This document shows positions 59,791-64,000 of a stretch of DNA of 64,000 nt, piece after piece; positions within the stretch are counted from its first letter, which is position 1, and each line of letters opens with the position of its first letter. Origin of the DNA: Candidatus Babeliales bacterium (GTDB lineage: Bacteria; Babelota; Babeliae; Babelales; JANWKD01). The notes under the pieces were generated by a model. The model ran no database searches and was not told the DNA's origin. It worked only from the letters and a program-made list of their open reading frames with translations. Both the position numbers and the translations under genes were made by a program. The stretch covers positions 128,001 through 192,000 of the forward strand of contig CAVRJO010000002.1 of NCBI GenBank assembly GCA_963722255.1. Reading direction: 5' to 3'.

Positions 59791-60876
59791 TTATGCATTT
59801 CCTGATACAGCTTTTACGCGTTTACCACATTCAGCACGACATCTTGTTGCTTCCAAAGAACGTAATTCCATTTCTTTTACAGTAAGTTCTTTGCATTCAA
59901 AATTTTGATTCTCACATTGCTTAACACACAACGTATGATCTTTAATCGAAAAATTTTCTTTTAATTTTTCTTGTTTTTTAACCACTTGATTCATAAATTC
60001 CAGTTCATCTTCAGGCAAACCGGGAGCATCATTTAAATGGCTTAAAAATAGAGCTTTTTTTGCAAGATTTAATCGAGTAATACCAGTATCATGAAGTGCG
60101 GTGCTTTCTATCGCTGTAAATTTATGGTTTTGAACAATAGATTTTTCTAGAGGAGTTTGCGGAATAACCATTAAAGGCCCTACAAATGAGGTTGCCCAGC
60201 CCAATGCTTTAAAAACACCAGGACGTAATCTTTTTTTAACGTGCCCTATATTTTTTTTCACATGCACATCATCCCATGTTAATAAAGATGACAAGGATTC
60301 AAATGATTTTGCAGGTTCTATTTTTTGATCTGCCATTCGCTTCTTAGTTAGGTTTGCTTGGACAAAAAGTGTATAACTTGCTAATGCTACTAAGGATTCG
60401 CTCGCTATGACCATTTTTAAATCGGGATTGATAAGCTTTGCTTGTTCCACACCACAGGTTAACAAATATTCCTGTACTTCCTGAGGCTGCTTTTGTAAAA
60501 GTTCCTGATTAATCCATACCGTTTTTCTTCCAAAAAGATCCTTACTACCAAAAACATACGATCCATAGGTACCAAGTTTTTTTGCGGTTACTTCATTCAT
60601 CTGCTTAAACTGAATAGTCTTAACATTTTCACCTAATGATTCTGAATGCCTAGATTGTAGATCCGGATCAATAGCAATGGCACCATATTTTTTCATTTGT
60701 GCATTACGTGATGCAAGCACATGAATCGATTTTAAACGCTCAAAATATACTGACCATGATATTTGATTATAAAATCCAGCTTGCTTTTCACTTTCTTTGG
60801 GTAAATCCATAGCAAATTGATTGTACATGAAGAAAATAAGCGAAATAAATACAGAGGAACAAATTAATTTTTTCAT
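59791..60876 (-). CDS. Exported paralog of 59075-59779 lacking HExxH
   Basis: Shared K.MN...LG...F..WINQ.L...P...Y segment; signal peptide ending QFA then MD. Confidence 0.6.
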   Translation of the reverse strand: MKKLICSSVFISLIFFMYNQFAMDLPKESEKQAGFYNQISWSVYFERLKSIHVLASRNAQMKKYGAIAIDPDLQSRHSESLGENVKTIQFKQMNEVTAKKLGTYGSYVFGSKDLFGRKTVWINQELLQKQPQEVQEYLLTCGVEQAKLINPDLKMVIASESLVALASYTLFVQANLTKKRMADQKIEPAKSFESLSSLLTWDDVHVKKNIGHVKKRLRPGVFKALGWATSFVGPLMVIPQTPLEKSIVQNHKFTAIESTALHDTGITRLNLAKKALFLSHLNDAPGLPEDELEFMNQVVKKQEKLKENFSIKDHTLCVKQCENQNFECKELTVKEMELRSLEATRCRAECGKRVKAVSGNA

Positions 60877-60898
60877 AATAACCTTGCCATAGAATATA

Positions 60899-61862
60899 TA
60901 GCGACCCGCTTTAATTTCCGCACAAATGTGCTATACTATCCTTAAAATTTTAAAAAGGAGAAGCGAATGGCATTCAGTCTTGATTTAAGAGAACGAGTAA
61001 TAGGGGCAGTTGATGGTGGCATGCATATAGACGAGGCCGCTAAAATATTTGATGTCAGCAGAAGGGTAATTTATGAATGGTTAGAATTACGAAAAAAAAC
61101 TGGCGAGCTCAAACCAAAAACAGGTTATCAAAAAGGCCATAGCCACAAAATTACAGACTTGGAAAAATTCAAAGCATTTGCAAATTCTAATAAGCAATGT
61201 ACATCCCCACAAATGGTTATTAGATGGGAGCAACTTACAGGCGTGAAGGTCTCTGAAGACGTGATGCTACGGATGCTTAAAAAGATTGGTTTTACATCTA
61301 AAAAAAAACTTTTAGCTACGCCGAAGCAAATGCAAAAAAACGTGCCGATTTTTTAGAAGAAATTAAAGACATCGATCCAGCAAAAATCATTTACTCTGAT
61401 GAAACTGGAATTGACGATAATGAGGTCGTTCTTACTGGATGGGCACCACGCGGAGAACGTTGCCATGCGCAAAAAAAAGCTGAACGTAAAACACGTTATA
61501 ATATCACGGCAGCACTGAATTTAAATTTGTTGTTTGCGCCATTTTTGTTTGAAGGATATTCAAATTCTGCTGTTTATGAAACTTACGTAGAACAGGTTTT
61601 GGCTCCTGCGTTAGAACCTGGAATGGTACTTATAATTGACAATGCTAGCTTCCATAAATCTAAAAAAATAATTCAGCTTATCGAAGCCGCTTCGTGCAGA
61701 GTTATATTTTTACCCCCATATTCACCTGATTTTAACCCAATTGAGCATCATTGGACGGCTGTCAAAAATGCAATCAGAAAAGCTGCTGAAAATATTAAAG
61801 ATTTTTATGAAGCAGCTGTTTATGCATTGAGTGAAATGTGCGCGGCTTAACGAGGGGCGCTA
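60899..61862 (+). mobile_element. IS630-family insertion sequence, apparently intact
   Basis: Imperfect TIRs TAGCGACCCGCTTTAATTTCCGCACA / TAGCGCCCCTCGTTAAGCCGCGCACA, TA on both flanks, transposase inside. Confidence 0.9.
60967..61850 (+). CDS. IS630 transposase, HTH and DDE parts joined by a -1 frameshift at A9 (61300-61308)
   Basis: MAFSLDLRERV HTH; -1 frame is open from 61308 through YSDETG, IDNASFH, LPPYSPDFNPIE. Confidence 0.9.
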
Positions 61863-61951
61863 TAGAGTGTTAATAATATTATAATAGCACTAAATAAATA
61901 TTTGTCCAACAAGAGCTAATGTTTCTATTTGAAATTATTCCTCTGTGGTCT

Positions 61952-62539
61952 TTATATCAATGGTGAGTAAAGAACTGTATTACTAAATGATACATAATAG
62001 AGGTAGGCTGAGTATAAAGAAAAAAATAATGAACAGAATAATAGAATATGTTCAAGGGAAAAACCTAGAAAAAGTGAACTTCCCCAAAAACCATAATTTA
62101 AAATTGCAGAAACTATATAGAGCGATTGAAAAAAAGTTTTAATTTTACCAACCCATGATACAGGTATATCAAAATTCTGTTCTAATGCTAAAATTCGTAA
62201 ACCCATAATAAAAAATTCTCTGCCTATCAAAAGAATAGCCCAAAAGAAGAATAATCTTTGAAGCGCAACTAATGCTATGAGAGCAGAAAAGAAAAGAAAC
62301 TTATCTGCTAAAGGATCCAACGCTTTACCAATTATTGTTTCCTGATTATGTTTACGAGCCAAATAGCCATCAAAAAAATCAGTTAAACTTAAAATAATGA
62401 AAAAAAGTGCAAGCACACTATTTATCAGCATGTTATTATAGGGCAATAAATAGTAGATACCAAAAGGTAAAAAAAGGGGCGAAACAATAAGTCTTATTAG
62501 GGTTAATCGTAAAGGAATATTAAGAGCTTGTAGTTTCAT
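61952..62539 (-). CDS. pgsA: CDP-diacylglycerol--glycerol-3-phosphate 3-phosphatidyltransferase
   Basis: NIPLRLTLIR, TDFFDGYLAR, GKALDPLADK, REFFIMGLR, GKIKT. Confidence 0.88.
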   Translation of the reverse strand: MKLQALNIPLRLTLIRLIVSPLFLPFGIYYLLPYNNMLINSVLALFFIILSLTDFFDGYLARKHNQETIIGKALDPLADKFLFFSALIALVALQRLFFFWAILLIGREFFIMGLRILALEQNFDIPVSWVGKIKTFFQSLYIVSAILNYGFWGSSLFLGFSLEHILLFCSLFFSLYSAYLYYVSFSNTVLYSPLI

Positions 62540-62590
62540 AGTATATTAAAAACCATCTTAACGGGCCGTGCCAGGTATTTCCTTAACATT

Positions 62591-62693
62591 GCCCTACTGC
62601 GCCAAGGCTACGAAGGGCATACTTCACTATTAAATCCATTTGCCATTCCTTTAAAAAACTGGCTTGCCATACGAAGCTTCACGCGAAGTATGG
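62591..62693. repeat. Inverted hairpin doublet anchored on the CCA of tRNA-Met
   Basis: 62667-62693 reads CCATAC-TTC-GCGTGAAGC-TTC-GTATGG on the tRNA strand; degenerate opposite copy at 62591-62618. Confidence 0.7.
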
Positions 62694-62767
62694 TGGCGAC
62701 GCAGGGACTCGAACCCCGGACCTACGGATTATGATTCCGCCGCTCTAACCAGCTGAGCTACGTCGCC
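62691..62767 (-). tRNA. tRNA-Met(CAU), elongator type
   Basis: GGCGACGTAGCTCAGCTGGTTAGAGC...AT-CAT-AA...GGTTCGAGTCC...CACCA; paired G1-C72 argues against initiator; Ile2 not fully excluded. Confidence 0.9.
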
Positions 62768-62789
62768 TTCTGCTTTTCAATTGTGGCCA

Positions 62790-64000
62790 TTAAATTTTAA
62801 TAGTTTGCATACCAATAGTATAAAGGAAAAAATTAAAAATGGAACGCAAAAAGAACAATCCTGTAATAAGTGTTGCAACAATACCAATCATAAGCGTTAA
62901 CGCAAATCCTTGAATCGGGCCATAACCAAATTTATACAGTACAATTCCCACAATAAACGTAGTAATGTTAGAATCCAAAATCACTTCCATAGCTTCAGAG
63001 AATCCTACTTGAACCGCTTTCTTGGTTGGAACACCACCCTTTAATTCTTCTTTAATTTTTTCAAAAATAAGAATTGAAGCATCAATCGCCATACCAATCG
63101 TTAAGACCATACCTGCAATACCCGGAAGAGTTAATGTTGCTTTCAACCAGCCAAGCGCAAGTAAAATCAATAAGAAATTAAAGATCAGTGCCACGACAGC
63201 AAAAAGACCTGCAACTTTATAAAAGATTATACTAAACAAGAACAAGAGTAATAAACCAACAATACAAGCAATAAGACCTTGTCTAATTGATTCTTGTCCC
63301 AATGATGGTCCAATACGACGCTCTTCTTCAAAGGTTACCGGAGCAACAAAGGCACCTGATTTTAATAAGAGAGCTAATTCATTGGCTGATTCTGTGGTAA
63401 AGTTACCATGAATATAACCACTTGCACCAATTGGTGTACTTACACGAGGTGCAGAAACAACAACGCCATCTACGATCATTGCTATATGTCTATTAAAGTT
63501 TTTGCGCGTAAGTTCATAAAATTTTTCCCCGCCTTCAGGATTAAATACAAAATTTACCACAACTTCTGTTTGCATTTGTCCACCAAATCCGGTGAATGCA
63601 TCCTTTAAAAGTCGTCCTGTTAAATCGGTACTTGCAGGAACTAAATAGTAACGTTTGCCATGAACTTCGTTGCCTGGGACAATAATCATTCCTTCTGGAA
63701 GTTCCCCATCATACGCATCAAGAATTTCTTCAGGGCTATTACCTTCGCGTTCAACGAGTTTAACTTCAAGAAGCGCTGGCTTACCAATCATCTCTTTTGC
63801 TTTTTGAGGATCATCAATATCAGGCAACTCTACTATTATATATTTATCACCTTGAGCTGATATTGGAATTTCACCAACACCTAAACTATCCAATCGAGTA
63901 CGCAAAACATCAATATTTCCTTGCACTGCATGATCAGCGATTCTTTTTACTTGAGCTTCTTTAAAACTTATTTTAACAAGTTCGCCTTCAATAGAAACCA
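62790..64000 (-). CDS. secD: Protein translocase subunit SecD (5' end outside window)
   Basis: RLDSLGVGE, IIVELP, IGPSLGQ, TLTLPGIAG, IGMAIDA, DSNITT, GFALTL. Confidence 0.95.
   Translation of the reverse strand, partial: VSIEGELVKISFKEAQVKRIADHAVQGNIDVLRTRLDSLGVGEIPISAQGDKYIIVELPDIDDPQKAKEMIGKPALLEVKLVEREGNSPEEILDAYDGELPEGMIIVPGNEVHGKRYYLVPASTDLTGRLLKDAFTGFGGQMQTEVVVNFVFNPEGGEKFYELTRKNFNRHIAMIVDGVVVSAPRVSTPIGASGYIHGNFTTESANELALLLKSGAFVAPVTFEEERRIGPSLGQESIRQGLIACIVGLLLLFLFSIIFYKVAGLFAVVALIFNFLLILLALGWLKATLTLPGIAGMVLTIGMAIDASILIFEKIKEELKGGVPTKKAVQVGFSEAMEVILDSNITTFIVGIVLYKFGYGPIQGFALTLMIGIVATLITGLFFLRSIFNFFLYTIGMQTIKI

Noticed and set aside
61300..61308. IS630 frameshift as inactivation or novelty
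   Set aside because: A -1 shift at an A-run between the HTH and DDE parts is common in IS630 elements

Overview
AT-rich bacterial chromosome segment. Gene content and style suggest an intracellular, protist-associated bacterium such as Candidatus Dependentiae (Babeliae/TM6); this is inference, not a database result. Housekeeping genes are thrS, nth, a Xer recombinase, PBP2, HU, lepB, batA-E, plsC, topA, argS, dnaJ, FKBP, trxB, tig, frr-pyrH-tsf, mnmA, ssb, grpE, two pgsA-like genes and secD, plus five tRNAs. They are interleaved with many signal-peptide orphan genes. Main observations: (1) four tRNA genes carry a covarying hairpin whose first arm is the tRNA's own CCA, usually with an inverted partner copy. 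(2) About eleven exported orphan proteins have Met right after the predicted signal-peptide cleavage site. (3) There is an exported Nudix-like family, with one member fused to NADAR and a shared C-terminal helix. (4) There is an exported Skp1/BTB-like-WD40 fusion. (5) Two tandem-duplicated Cys-Cys-rich fibre/beta-helix proteins differ in stalk length. (6) There is a Chlamydia-style histone H1-like protein. (7) An intact IS630 and several small palindromic/MITE-like elements are present. Single-base frameshifts in argS, a TonB-like gene and batC are probably assembly errors.
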